Shown piece by piece: positions 1 to 8,061 of a stretch of 24,000 bases of DNA (the first letter of the stretch is position 1; the number at the start of each line of letters is the position of its first letter). The notes beneath the pieces are model-generated. The model had not been told where the DNA came from, ran no database searches, and worked only from the letters and a program-made list of their open reading frames with translations. A program made the position numbers and the translations under genes. Source of the stretch: Actinomycetota bacterium (GTDB lineage Bacteria > Actinomycetota > Coriobacteriia > Anaerosomatales > Anaerosomataceae); NCBI GenBank assembly GCA_009668945.1, contig SBEH01000004.1, positions 83,830 through 107,829 of the forward strand. The letters are read 5' to 3'.

Positions 1-668
1 CCCGTCAGGACAAGAAGTCGGCGGCGCGCGAGCCGATCACCGCGAAGCTCGTGGCCGACCTGCTCACCGTCGCAGGCGCCGAGCGCGTGATCGCGATGGA
101 CCTGCACCAGGGACAGATACAGGGCTTTTTCAACCAGCCGGTGAACCACCTCACGGCTCTGCCGATCCTGGCCGACTACTTCGAGAGCCTGAACCTCGAC
201 AATCTCACCGTGGTCTCGCCTGATGTCGGACGCGTCAAGGTCTGCAAGAAGTTCGCGGACATGCTGGGCGCCGAGCTCGCAATCATGCACAAGGGGCGCC
301 CGCAGCACAACGTCGCCGAGATCACGCACGTCATCGGAGAGGTGGACGGCAGGAACTGCATCATCGCCGACGACATGATCGACACCGCCGGTTCTGTCAC
401 CGAGGGCGCGCGCGCTTTGATCGCCAGCGGAGCGGCGAAGGTCTGGGTCACGGCCACTCACGGCCTCTTCTCGCCTCCGGCGTTCGAGCGCATAGACGCC
501 GCGCCGGTCGAGGAAGTGGTCGTGACCAACACGCTTCCGCTTCCCGAGGACCGTCAGAACGGCAAGATTCGCGTGCTGTCCGTCGCGCCGCTATTTGCGC
601 GCGCGATTCAGAACGTGTACAACGACGATTCGGTCTCGGAGTTGTTCGATCCGGACTTCCAGCTTTAG
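1..668 (+). CDS. prs: ribose-phosphate pyrophosphokinase (PRPP synthetase), C-terminal ~220 aa; 5' end outside window
   Basis: The frame is open from position 3 (RQDKKSAAREPITAKLVADLL...) to TAG 666-668, so the GTG at 51 in the ORF track is internal. Prs signatures are present: VIAMDLHQGQIQGFF, the PRPP-binding loop CIIADDMIDTAGS, and VVVTNTLP. The conserved prs-ctc-pth gene order follows. Confidence 0.93.
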   Translation, partial: RQDKKSAAREPITAKLVADLLTVAGAERVIAMDLHQGQIQGFFNQPVNHLTALPILADYFESLNLDNLTVVSPDVGRVKVCKKFADMLGAELAIMHKGRPQHNVAEITHVIGEVDGRNCIIADDMIDTAGSVTEGARALIASGAAKVWVTATHGLFSPPAFERIDAAPVEEVVVTNTLPLPEDRQNGKIRVLSVAPLFARAIQNVYNDDSVSELFDPDFQL

Positions 669-719
669 AGACACCCGGCCGGACCTCGTCCGACCGCAAG
701 ACCCTGAAGGGAGCACCAC

Positions 720-1364
720 ATGACGCACGTCGTCAAACTGACCGCCACGCCACGCGAGGTCACCGGCAAGTCGAGCCACAAGCTCGCCGGTGAGGGACTC
801 GTGCCCGCGGTGGTCTACGGCCCCAAGATCGAGACCATGTCGCTGTCGGTCGACCGCCGCGAGTTCGAGCACATGATGCACCATGCATCCGTCGGCTCGA
901 CGCTGATAGACCTCACCGTCGAGGGACACGGCAGGCCGCTCGACGTCATCATCCGCGAGGTGCGCCACGACGAGGTCAAGGGCACCGTGCAGCACATCGA
1001 CTTCTGGGCGGTCGACATGGGCCACGCGCTGCAGACCGCGGTTCCGATCACCTTCGTCGGAAGCCCTGAGGGCGAGCGCGCGGGCGGCATCGTGATGCAC
1101 GCGATGCGCGAGCTCAAGGTCGAGGCGCGTCCGAAGGACCTGCCCGAGCACATCGAGGTAGACCTCAGTGCGCTCAACATCGGCGACGCGTTCGTCGTGG
1201 CGCAGGTCACCGCTCCGGCGGGGGTCACGCTTCTGGAGGATCCCGAGGCAGTCATCGCCTCGGTGCAGGCGCCCGCGGTCGAGGAAGAGGTCGTGGTCGA
1301 AGCCGAAGAGGCAGCCGAGGTGCCCGAGGTGGGCAAGGAGACCGAGGAAGCAAACGAGGAGTAG
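720..1364 (+). CDS. rplY: 50S ribosomal protein L25 / general stress protein Ctc
   Basis: 214 aa. N-terminal L25/Ctc-type sequence (REVTGKSSHKLAGEGLVPAVVYG...IDLTVEG...VQHIDF) and an acidic E-rich C-terminal tail. GAAGGGAG Shine-Dalgarno lies upstream of ATG 720. Position between prs and pth fits. Confidence 0.9.
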   Translation: MTHVVKLTATPREVTGKSSHKLAGEGLVPAVVYGPKIETMSLSVDRREFEHMMHHASVGSTLIDLTVEGHGRPLDVIIREVRHDEVKGTVQHIDFWAVDMGHALQTAVPITFVGSPEGERAGGIVMHAMRELKVEARPKDLPEHIEVDLSALNIGDAFVVAQVTAPAGVTLLEDPEAVIASVQAPAVEEEVVVEAEEAAEVPEVGKETEEANEE

Positions 1365-1374
1365 TCCACTTCCG

Positions 1375-1941
1375 ATGGCGCGAATCGTGGTGGGACTCGG
1401 CAATCCGGGTCCGGAGTACGAGAACACGCGGCACAACGCAGGCTTCAGGGTGATAGACCTGCTCGCGGAGAACCTGCGCGTGAGCTACTGGAAGGAGGAG
1501 GCCGGCGCCAAGGTCGGCCTCGTCCGTTTCGGCCAGGACGACCTCGTGCTCGCGAAGCCTCAGACGTTCATGAACCTCTCGGGCAAGGCCGTGTCCAAGC
1601 TCACGCAGGCCTACGATGCGGATCCGTCCGAGGTCATCATCGTCCACGATGATCTCGACCTGCCCGAGGAGACCGTGCGCGTGAAGCGCGGCGGCGGACA
1701 CGGAGGGCACAACGGCCTTCGTTCGCTCACCGAGTCGCTCGGCACCGGTGACTTTCTCCGCGTGCGGATCGGCATCGGCCGACCGCCTGGTCGGCAGGAC
1801 TCTGCCGACTTCGTGCTGGAGCCGATGAGCAGGCGTGTCGCCGAGCGCCTGGAGGCCCAGGTCCCGCATGCAGCTCAGGCGGTGCTCCACGTCCTCGAGC
1901 ACGGCGTGGACTCCGCGATGCAGGAGTACAACGCGGGCTAG
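1375..1941 (+). CDS. pth: peptidyl-tRNA hydrolase
   Basis: ATG 1375 gives MARIVVGLGNPGPEYENTRHNAGF, the canonical Pth N-terminus with the catalytic His; GGHGGHNGLRS lies downstream. The ORF-track start at 1168 is an upstream extension overlapping rplY in another frame. Confidence 0.92.
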   Translation: MARIVVGLGNPGPEYENTRHNAGFRVIDLLAENLRVSYWKEEAGAKVGLVRFGQDDLVLAKPQTFMNLSGKAVSKLTQAYDADPSEVIIVHDDLDLPEETVRVKRGGGHGGHNGLRSLTESLGTGDFLRVRIGIGRPPGRQDSADFVLEPMSRRVAERLEAQVPHAAQAVLHVLEHGVDSAMQEYNAG

Positions 1942-1975
1942 CGGGGCCTACCGGCCGCCGCTTCGGGGAATGACA

Positions 1976-3208
1976 CTACTGCAGGTACGGCATCGGATCG
2001 ACGGGCGTGCCGTTGATCCTGACCTCGAAGTGCAGGTGCGGCCCGGTGGAGAGGCCCGTGCTGCCGACCCTGCCGATGCCATCTCGCCGCTCGACGGTCT
2101 GGCCTTCGCTCACCTTGAAGCTGCCGCTCTGCATGTGCGCGTACAGAGTGGCCACGCCGTTGCCGTGGTCGATGATGACGCAGTTGCCGTAGCCGCCCCG
2201 GTAGCCGGCGTAGATGACCTTGCCGTCAGCGGCGGCGACGATAGTGGCGCCGTTGATGTCCTTGCCGACGGCCCTGCCGCCTATGTCGATGCCGGTGTGC
2301 AGCTTGTTGTAGCCGAGGATCGGATGGATGCGGTAGCCGAAGGCCGAGCCTCCCGTGGGAGTCTGCTCGAATCCGGGCACCGGGAACGCCATGACGCCGG
2401 CGAAGTACCCTGAACCGGTGCCGTACAGCTCGGCGGCGATCTTCGCGGACTCGGCGTCTTCGGCCTCAGCCTGGGCGCGCAGCCGCTCGGCGTTGGCCTC
2501 GTTCTCCGCGACCAGCGCTTCCTTCTGGTCCTGCACCGCCTTCTGCGCGTTGAGCTTGGACTGGTACTGCTGCTGGAGTGAGCGGACCCGGTCTTCTTCG
2601 ACCTGAGCTTCGGCGCGTTTCGCGTCGACCGCCTGCATGTCGCGCTCGAGTTCGGCCTTGACCTTCTCGATCTGGATGCGCGTTTCCTTGAGCGTGGTCG
2701 CCAGGTCCTCGTTGGACTTGATGACCCGCTGGACCATCGTCGTACGGGTGATGAAGTCCTCGATGTCGCGTGACTCCAGCAGCAACTCGAAGTAGATGAA
2801 GTCCGAGTTCTTGTAGGTGGTCTGCACCCGGTCCGCAAGAAGCGCCTTCTGGCGTTCGTACTCGGCCTGGGTGGCCTCGATCTGCGCCTGCTTCGAGCTG
2901 ACCTGCGCGCGGAGCGCGTCCACTTCCGCTTGCAGGCGCTGAGTGCGGTCCGTGGCGATGGCGACGTCGTCAGCCAGAGCGTCGATGTCGCCCTGGATCG
3001 AAGCGATCTCGCCGTCGAGCGCGGCGGCCTCCTTGGAGAGGCGGTCGGCCTCGCTCTGAGCCGCGGCGGCGGCCTTCCGGGCATCGCGAGCAGCCTTTTC
3101 GTGCGCGCGCAGTTCGGCCTCGGTGGCGGCGTGCGCGAACGGCGCGGCCAGGAACGTGAGGATGAGGGCGAGCGAGAGGACTGCTCTGATGGCGCTGCTA
3201 CGACGCAT
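1976..3208 (-). CDS. secreted coiled-coil M23/LytM peptidoglycan metalloendopeptidase (EnvC-like architecture)
   Basis: 410 aa. Signal peptide (LALILTFLAAPFAHA). About 230 aa of heptad-rich Ala/Glu/Gln coiled coil. C-terminal M23 domain with HTGIDIGG (HxxxD), YAHM and GPHLHFEV (HxH). GGAGGA SD before ATG 3208. Confidence 0.88.
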   Translation of the reverse strand: MRRSSAIRAVLSLALILTFLAAPFAHAATEAELRAHEKAARDARKAAAAAQSEADRLSKEAAALDGEIASIQGDIDALADDVAIATDRTQRLQAEVDALRAQVSSKQAQIEATQAEYERQKALLADRVQTTYKNSDFIYFELLLESRDIEDFITRTTMVQRVIKSNEDLATTLKETRIQIEKVKAELERDMQAVDAKRAEAQVEEDRVRSLQQQYQSKLNAQKAVQDQKEALVAENEANAERLRAQAEAEDAESAKIAAELYGTGSGYFAGVMAFPVPGFEQTPTGGSAFGYRIHPILGYNKLHTGIDIGGRAVGKDINGATIVAAADGKVIYAGYRGGYGNCVIIDHGNGVATLYAHMQSGSFKVSEGQTVERRDGIGRVGSTGLSTGPHLHFEVRINGTPVDPMPYLQ

Positions 3209-3274
3209 GGTGTGTATCCTCCGGACGGTTGCTTGTGCAGGAAATAAATCCCGCCGGAAGGCGCTCCGTGCGCA

Positions 3275-3304
3275 ATCTTACCAGCGCAGAGGGGTATACT
3301 GCAA
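3275..3304 (-). promoter_or_regulatory. candidate sigma70-type promoter for the M23 peptidase gene (TTGCAG-N18-TAAGAT on minus strand)
   Basis: Minus-strand read: TTGCAG (plus 3299-3304), 18-nt spacer, TAAGAT (plus 3275-3280). This leaves a ~60-nt leader ending in GGAGGA before the ATG. Sequence match only. Confidence 0.4.
3295..3300 (+). promoter_or_regulatory. candidate -10 box TATACT for the DUF4870-like gene
   Basis: TATACT lies 55 nt upstream of ATG 3356. It is followed by a GC hairpin (CCGGCG 3312-3317 / CGCCGG 3322-3327) and a GAGGAGGGG SD. No convincing -35. Confidence 0.3.
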
Positions 3305-3355
3305 ACGAAGTCCGGCGTCGGCGCCGGGCGCAATCACGCACGAGGAGGGGTCCGA

Positions 3356-3748
3356 ATGAGTGACGATTTCCAGAGCACGCCTCCCGCTCCAGAGATGCCG
3401 CCGCCTCCGGCGCCTGCCGCGGCACCCGGCGGAGATGCACCGAGTGACACCGGCAAGATCTTCGCCGCACTCGGCTACATCGTCGGAATCGTTGCCTTGA
3501 TCGCCATCCTGATCGAGCCGTACAAGAACGAGAAGTTCGTGCGGCATCATGCGATCCAGGCCCTGGCACTGTGGGTCGGCTGGACCGTCGCCAGCGTTCT
3601 CACTGCGATCCCGTACGTCGGCTGGATCGTGGGTCCGATCCTGTACATCGCCCTCCTCGTCTTCGCGATCATGGGCGCTGTCAAGGCATTCGGCCTTGAG
3701 TACTGGGAGATGCCGGTCGTCTACAACCTCGTCAAGAACTACATCTAG
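3356..3748 (+). CDS. small integral membrane protein, DUF4870-like
   Basis: 130 aa. Pro/Ala-rich N-terminus, then three hydrophobic spans. The segment EPYKNEKFVRHHAIQALAL resembles the DUF4870 pattern (K.D...FV..H..EALNF) as I recall it. Strong SD and ATG. Confidence 0.7.
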   Translation: MSDDFQSTPPAPEMPPPPAPAAAPGGDAPSDTGKIFAALGYIVGIVALIAILIEPYKNEKFVRHHAIQALALWVGWTVASVLTAIPYVGWIVGPILYIALLVFAIMGAVKAFGLEYWEMPVVYNLVKNYI

Positions 3749-3763
3749 ACGCAATCCGATACG

Positions 3764-4795
3764 TCAGCGCTTCGGCGTAGCCTCCTCGGCTACGGTGAGG
3801 CCTGAGTCTGCGGGGGCGGGCACGAGTTGTGCCCGCCCTTCGTCGTCCACGACGTAGAGCGCCGCGCCTGCCGCTTCCGCGTACTCAACGGCGCCAGCCG
3901 CGCCGCGCACGAACAGCGCTGTCGACAGGATGTCGGTGTCGAGGCCGGAGAGGCTCGGCGCGGCAATCGTGAGCGATCGGATTCCTCGCGCGGGGAGCCC
4001 TGTTGCCGGGTCGAGAATGTGGTGGTAGCGCACGCCGTCGTGCTCGAAGTAGCGCTGGTAGTCGCCCGAAGTGGAGAGCGCACCATCGCTCTCGAACGCG
4101 AATGTGGCGACGATTGTCTCGGGGTCGCGCGGGTCCTCGATGCCGATACGCCACACGCTGCCGTCGGGCTTGGTGCCGAGCGTGACCGTGCTGCTCCCCG
4201 AGGAGATGAGCGCGGCGGTCACGACACCGCTCGCGCGCAGGCTCTCCCGAGCGCGGTCGAGCGCGAGGCCCTTGGCGGCGCCGCCGAAGTCGAGGCCGGG
4301 CTTCGCGGTAGTGCTCGCGATGCCGAGGAAGCGCAGGCGATGGCCCTCACGTTCCGGCATGGAGGCCGTCTGCAGTGCCGCAGAGAGCTCGCCGTCTGTC
4401 GGAACGTGCCCTTCGCCCTCGAAGTCGTAGAGCTGGGAGACGCCGAACAGGCCGACCGAGAACTCGTCGGCGGCATCGAGTGTGTCGACGGCATCGAGCA
4501 CCTCGAGCGCGCTAGTGGGGAGTTCGTGCCACTCGAAGGGGGCGGCGTTGAAGTCCGAGACCGCCGACTCCGGGTCGTAGGCATCGAGATCGCTCTCGAC
4601 TTCGGCCATAGTCGCGAACGCGTCGTCGATCGCGGCCCGGACGGCAACCTCGTCCTCGCCGTACGCGGTGACGCTTACGACCGTGCCGAGCGCTTCGCGG
4701 CTGACCGCGACGGGCTCGTCGCTTCCGCATGCAGCAAGTGGGAGCAGCGCGCTGAGGAGCGCGAGAACCGCGATGAGCGTGCCGGTGCGACGCAT
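3764..4795 (-). CDS. apbE: FAD:protein FMN transferase ApbE, lipoprotein
   Basis: ApbE motifs are present: GGAAKGLALDRA and SGDYQRYFEHDGVRYHHILDPATGLP. Starting at ATG 4795 gives an ideal lipoprotein signal, MRRTGTLIAVLALLSALLPLAAC. The longer GTG 4831 start from the ORF track would run through the nfnA promoter, so it is possible but less likely. Confidence 0.85.
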   Translation of the reverse strand: MRRTGTLIAVLALLSALLPLAACGSDEPVAVSREALGTVVSVTAYGEDEVAVRAAIDDAFATMAEVESDLDAYDPESAVSDFNAAPFEWHELPTSALEVLDAVDTLDAADEFSVGLFGVSQLYDFEGEGHVPTDGELSAALQTASMPEREGHRLRFLGIASTTAKPGLDFGGAAKGLALDRARESLRASGVVTAALISSGSSTVTLGTKPDGSVWRIGIEDPRDPETIVATFAFESDGALSTSGDYQRYFEHDGVRYHHILDPATGLPARGIRSLTIAAPSLSGLDTDILSTALFVRGAAGAVEYAEAAGAALYVVDDEGRAQLVPAPADSGLTVAEEATPKR

Positions 4796-4822
4796 TGCCT
4801 GCCCTTCGGTGGCGGGTATACT
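4795..4822 (+). promoter_or_regulatory. candidate promoter of nfnAB (TTGCCT-N16-TATACT)
   Basis: TTGCCT at 4795-4800 and TATACT at 4817-4822, upstream of GGAGG (4863-4867) and TTG 4873. Sequence match only. Confidence 0.4.
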
Positions 4823-4872
4823 TGTCGGCACGTTGTCCGACCGTCTCGCCAGTGTACCAACCGGAGGACCAG

Positions 4873-5712
4873 TTGTTCCCCATCGTGCACACCCGCCAGC
4901 TCTCTGATGCCGTATTCGAAATGGGCGTCTTGGCTCCCGCCATCGCGGCGAAAGTGAAGGCGGGCCAGTTCCTCATCCTTCGCGTCGCCGAAGGCGGCGA
5001 GCGCATACCGCTCACGTTCTCCGACTGGTCCGCCGAGGACGACTGGATCCGGTTCATCTTCATGCGCGTGGGCAAGACTACGCACCAGCTCTCGCACATG
5101 GGCGTGGGTGATTCGCTCGCCGACGTGGTCGGGCCGCTCGGGGTACCGACGCACACCGAAGGTGTCGGTCGTGTCGCGGTTGTTGGCGGCGGCGTAGGTG
5201 CGGCTGTGGCGTATCCGGTCGCGCGCGCCATGTGCGAGGCCGGCGCCGAGGTCACCGTCATCCTCGGCGCGCGGAACAAGGACCTGCTGATCCTAGAGGA
5301 CGAGTTCCGGGCGCTGCCCTTGAAGGACCTCGTCATCACAACCGATGACGGCTCGGCGGGCCGAAAGGACCTTGTGACCGCACCGCTCAAGGAGCTGTGC
5401 GAGGCCGGTGCGCTCGACCACGCCATGGCGATCGGCCCGGCGATCATGATGAAGTTCTGCGCTGCCACCACGCGGGACTTCGGCGTGCCGACGACCGTGT
5501 CGCTCAATCCGATCATGGTCGACGGCACCGGCATGTGCGGTGCGTGTCGCGTGAGCGTCGGCGGCGAGACGAAGTTCGGTTGCGTGGACGGCCCGGACTT
5601 CGACGGCCACGCGGTGGACTTCGAGGAGCTCATGAGCCGCCAGCGCGTCTACGTCGAAGAAGAGCGGCTCTCCGACGCCGAGTACCACCTGGAGTGCTCG
5701 TGTCACACGTAG
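4873..5712 (+). CDS. nfnA: NfnA-type FAD/NAD(P)-binding, [2Fe-2S] subunit (sulfide/dihydroorotate dehydrogenase-like; partner of the GltD-like subunit)
   Basis: TTG 4873 lies 5 nt after GGAGG and gives MFPIVHTRQL..., which matches the MFKIL.K..L N-termini of NfnA homologues as I recall them. It also gives 279 aa, against about 280 expected. C-terminal cluster motif CGACRVSVGG..KFGCVDGPDF. The ORF-track start at 4795 overlaps apbE head-to-head. Confidence 0.8.
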   Translation: MFPIVHTRQLSDAVFEMGVLAPAIAAKVKAGQFLILRVAEGGERIPLTFSDWSAEDDWIRFIFMRVGKTTHQLSHMGVGDSLADVVGPLGVPTHTEGVGRVAVVGGGVGAAVAYPVARAMCEAGAEVTVILGARNKDLLILEDEFRALPLKDLVITTDDGSAGRKDLVTAPLKELCEAGALDHAMAIGPAIMMKFCAATTRDFGVPTTVSLNPIMVDGTGMCGACRVSVGGETKFGCVDGPDFDGHAVDFEELMSRQRVYVEEERLSDAEYHLECSCHT

Positions 5713-7148
5713 ACGACACTTCCGCACCCGCCGAGACTCCCCGCCATCGGCCCTCGCGGGCGCCGCGCACACCCATGCCCGAGCGCGATGCGGCGGAGCG
5801 CGCTCGCGACTTCGACGAGGTCACCCTCGGCTACACCGAGGAGATGGCGCGCGGAGAAGCCGAGCGCTGTCTGCAGTGCAAGAACCCGACGTGCATCGAG
5901 GGCTGCCCGGTCAACATCGACATCAAGTCGTTCATCGGCCGAATGATCGAGGGCGACTATCGCGCGGGCGTCGCCGTGCTCAAGGAGCGCAACGCGCTCC
6001 CGGCCGTATGCGGGCGCGTGTGCCCGCAGGAGGAGCAATGCGAGGCGGCGTGCGTGCTCGGGAAGAAGGGCGAGCCGGTCGCCATCGGCCGCCTCGAGCG
6101 CTGGCTGGGCGACTTCGACCTCGCGTGCGAGCTCGAGCAGCGCTGCGTGCCCGAGGTGGGCGCGGACTCCGGCAAGTACGTTGCGGTCGTGGGCTCCGGC
6201 CCGGCCGGGCTCGCGTGCGCGGGCGAACTCCGGCGCTTCGGCCACGCGGTCACCGTCTTCGAGAGCCTGCACGCCACCGGCGGCGTACTCACCTACGGCA
6301 TCCCCGAGTTTCGGCTGCCGAAGCAGATCGTCCAGGCCGAAGTCGGCCTCCTCGAGGAGATGGGCGTCGAGATCCGATGTGACGTTGTCGTCGGCGCCAC
6401 CTATACGCTCGATGAGCTCATGTCGGCTGAGGGCTACGATGCGGTCTTCATCGGCAACGGCGCCGGTCTACCGATGTTCATGGGCATCCCCGGCGAGAAT
6501 CTGAACGGCGTGTACTCGGCAAACGAGTTCTTGACGCGCGTCAACCTGATGCGCGCTTACGAGTTCCCGAAGGCGGACACGCCGGTGTGGCGCGGGCGCA
6601 AGGTCGCGGTCGTCGGCGGCGGCAACGTGGCGATGGACTCGGCACGCACCGCCAAGCGCCTCGGTGCCGAGGAGGTCTTCCTCGTCTACCGCCGCACGGA
6701 GGAGGAGATGCCGGCGCGCAGGGAAGAGGTCCACCATGCGCGCGAGGAGGGCATCGAGTTCAAGATGCTGTGTTCGCCGGCCGAGATCACTGGCCACGAC
6801 GGGTGGGTGACCGGCATGGTTGCGAACCGCATGGAGCTCGGCGAGCCGGACGCCAGTGGCAGGCGCGCGCCGGTGTGCGTGCTCGATTCGGACTTCGTGA
6901 TCGACTGCGACACCGTGATCATGGCGCTCGGCACGCGCGCGAACCCGCTGCTCACCAAGACCGCGCCCGACCTCGAGCTCACCAAGCGCGGCTACATCGT
7001 GGCCGACGAAGACGGTGCCACCTCCAAGCCGGGCGTCTTCGCCGGTGGCGATATCGTCACCGGCTCGGCCACAGTGATTCTCGCGATGGGGGCCGGCAAG
7101 GGCGCCGCTCGCGCCATCGACGAATGGCTGACCAGCGGCAGCCGGTAG
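5700..7148 (+). CDS. nfnB: NfnB / glutamate synthase small-subunit-like NADPH-dependent oxidoreductase (2x[4Fe-4S] + FAD/NADPH)
   Basis: Motifs: CLQCKNPTCIEGCPV, CGRVCPQEEQCEAAC, VAVVGSGPAGLACAGEL, VAVVGGGNVAMD, GVFAGGD. GTG 5700 (or 5694) overlaps the nfnA stop, suggesting coupling. ATG 5775 is an alternative start. Codons 5397-5699 of the track ORF are an alternate frame of nfnA. Confidence 0.88.
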   Translation: MSHVDDTSAPAETPRHRPSRAPRTPMPERDAAERARDFDEVTLGYTEEMARGEAERCLQCKNPTCIEGCPVNIDIKSFIGRMIEGDYRAGVAVLKERNALPAVCGRVCPQEEQCEAACVLGKKGEPVAIGRLERWLGDFDLACELEQRCVPEVGADSGKYVAVVGSGPAGLACAGELRRFGHAVTVFESLHATGGVLTYGIPEFRLPKQIVQAEVGLLEEMGVEIRCDVVVGATYTLDELMSAEGYDAVFIGNGAGLPMFMGIPGENLNGVYSANEFLTRVNLMRAYEFPKADTPVWRGRKVAVVGGGNVAMDSARTAKRLGAEEVFLVYRRTEEEMPARREEVHHAREEGIEFKMLCSPAEITGHDGWVTGMVANRMELGEPDASGRRAPVCVLDSDFVIDCDTVIMALGTRANPLLTKTAPDLELTKRGYIVADEDGATSKPGVFAGGDIVTGSATVILAMGAGKGAARAIDEWLTSGSR

Positions 7149-7188
7149 CTCCGTGCGCACCGAATAGCCCGACGAGCGGCAACTGCGC

Positions 7189-7194
7189 TACAAT
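7189..7194 (+). promoter_or_regulatory. candidate -10 box TACAAT upstream of the response-regulator gene
   Basis: TACAAT lies 81 nt upstream of GTG 7275. The leader contains the hairpin CCGTTCG (7211-7217) / CGAACGG (7231-7237). GGAGG SD at 7265-7269. Confidence 0.3.
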
Positions 7195-7274
7195 CCGAGC
7201 GTAGGGCACTACCGTTCGGCGGATGACCTGACGAACGGCGCATCCCGCGCATACAGGGGAACTCGGAGGCGGCC

Positions 7275-8015
7275 GTGTCGGATCCCATCAGAGTCCTCGT
7301 TGTCGATGACGATGAGTCGATCGTCGAGATGATTCGAATGGGTCTTGAGGCCGAGGGGATGCGCGTGACGTCTGCATCCGACGGCGCGGAAGCCCTGGAC
7401 GCCCTTCATGCCAACCCGACCGACGTCGTGCTGCTCGACATCATGATGCCGCGCGTGGACGGCTGGATGGCGCTGATGGAGATCCGCAACGATCCCGTCA
7501 CTGCGGACATCCCCGTGATCATGCTTACCGCCAAGACGCAGGACCTGGCGCGCATCCTCGCGTTCAAGCAGGGCGTCCAGCAGTACGTGACCAAGCCGTT
7601 CAACCTGATGGAGCTCATCGCACGGATTCAGAGCCTCATGCGAGGTCGCCCGAGGGCCGGCACCACGACATCAGCTGAAGGCGACTTCCGCAAGCTCGCC
7701 GTGCGCAAGGGCGGCCGTACCGTACTCCTCGACCTCGAGGAGGTCGTGTACATTTCGGCCAAGAACAAGTCCACGTACGTGCATACCTATGAGAACCAGT
7801 ACCTCGTAGACCTCACGCTCTCGGAGCTCGAGGAACGGCTCTCGTCCGACGCGTTCAGGCGACTCCACCGGAGCTACATGATCAACCTGAACAAGGTCAA
7901 GGAGATCGTTCGCGCCGAAGGCGCGTACATGGTGGTCGTGGCCGATCGCGACGAGACACAGGTGCCGGTGGCGCGTCGCCAGGTGAAGTCTTTCCGCGAG
8001 GCGGTGGGGATCTAG
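7275..8015 (+). CDS. two-component response regulator, receiver + LytTR DNA-binding domain
   Basis: 246 aa. Receiver residues are intact: VVDDDE, LLDIMMP (phospho-Asp), LTAK, TKPF. The C-terminal LytTR domain is present (VYISAKNKSTYVHT...FRRLHRSYMINLNKV). GTG start with GGAGG SD. Confidence 0.88.
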   Translation: MSDPIRVLVVDDDESIVEMIRMGLEAEGMRVTSASDGAEALDALHANPTDVVLLDIMMPRVDGWMALMEIRNDPVTADIPVIMLTAKTQDLARILAFKQGVQQYVTKPFNLMELIARIQSLMRGRPRAGTTTSAEGDFRKLAVRKGGRTVLLDLEEVVYISAKNKSTYVHTYENQYLVDLTLSELEERLSSDAFRRLHRSYMINLNKVKEIVRAEGAYMVVVADRDETQVPVARRQVKSFREAVGI

Positions 8016-8061
8016 TGGCGCGAGCCCGTCGTGACCCGCGGAGCGCGAACATCGGGATGGG

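Noticed and set aside
3209-3275. Possible cyclic-di-AMP (ydaO-type) riboswitch upstream of the M23 cell-wall hydrolase, as seen upstream of some actinobacterial hydrolase genes.
   Set aside because: The leader downstream of the best promoter match is only about 60 nt. It lacks the long pseudo-two-fold symmetric helices and conserved ACGGGGA-type elements. No riboswitch-like architecture is visible.
4512-5633. 373-aa minus-strand ORF overlapping nfnA and apbE, plus other shadow ORFs (3827..4957 +, 9768..10751 -, 21313..22113 -, 14210..14776 +, 591..1436 -).
   Set aside because: All are antisense or alternate-frame to genes with clear family motifs. Their translations are low-complexity (Ser/Arg/Pro/Ala) and lack start-site context.
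5397-5699. N-terminal 100-aa extension of the nfnB ORF (and similarly 1168-1374 for pth, 12162-12275 for the G/H-like gene).
   Set aside because: These extensions overlap the preceding gene in another frame or run into the divergent promoter region, and they encode Arg-rich nonsense. Homologue-like N-termini begin at 5700/5775, 1375 and about 12276.
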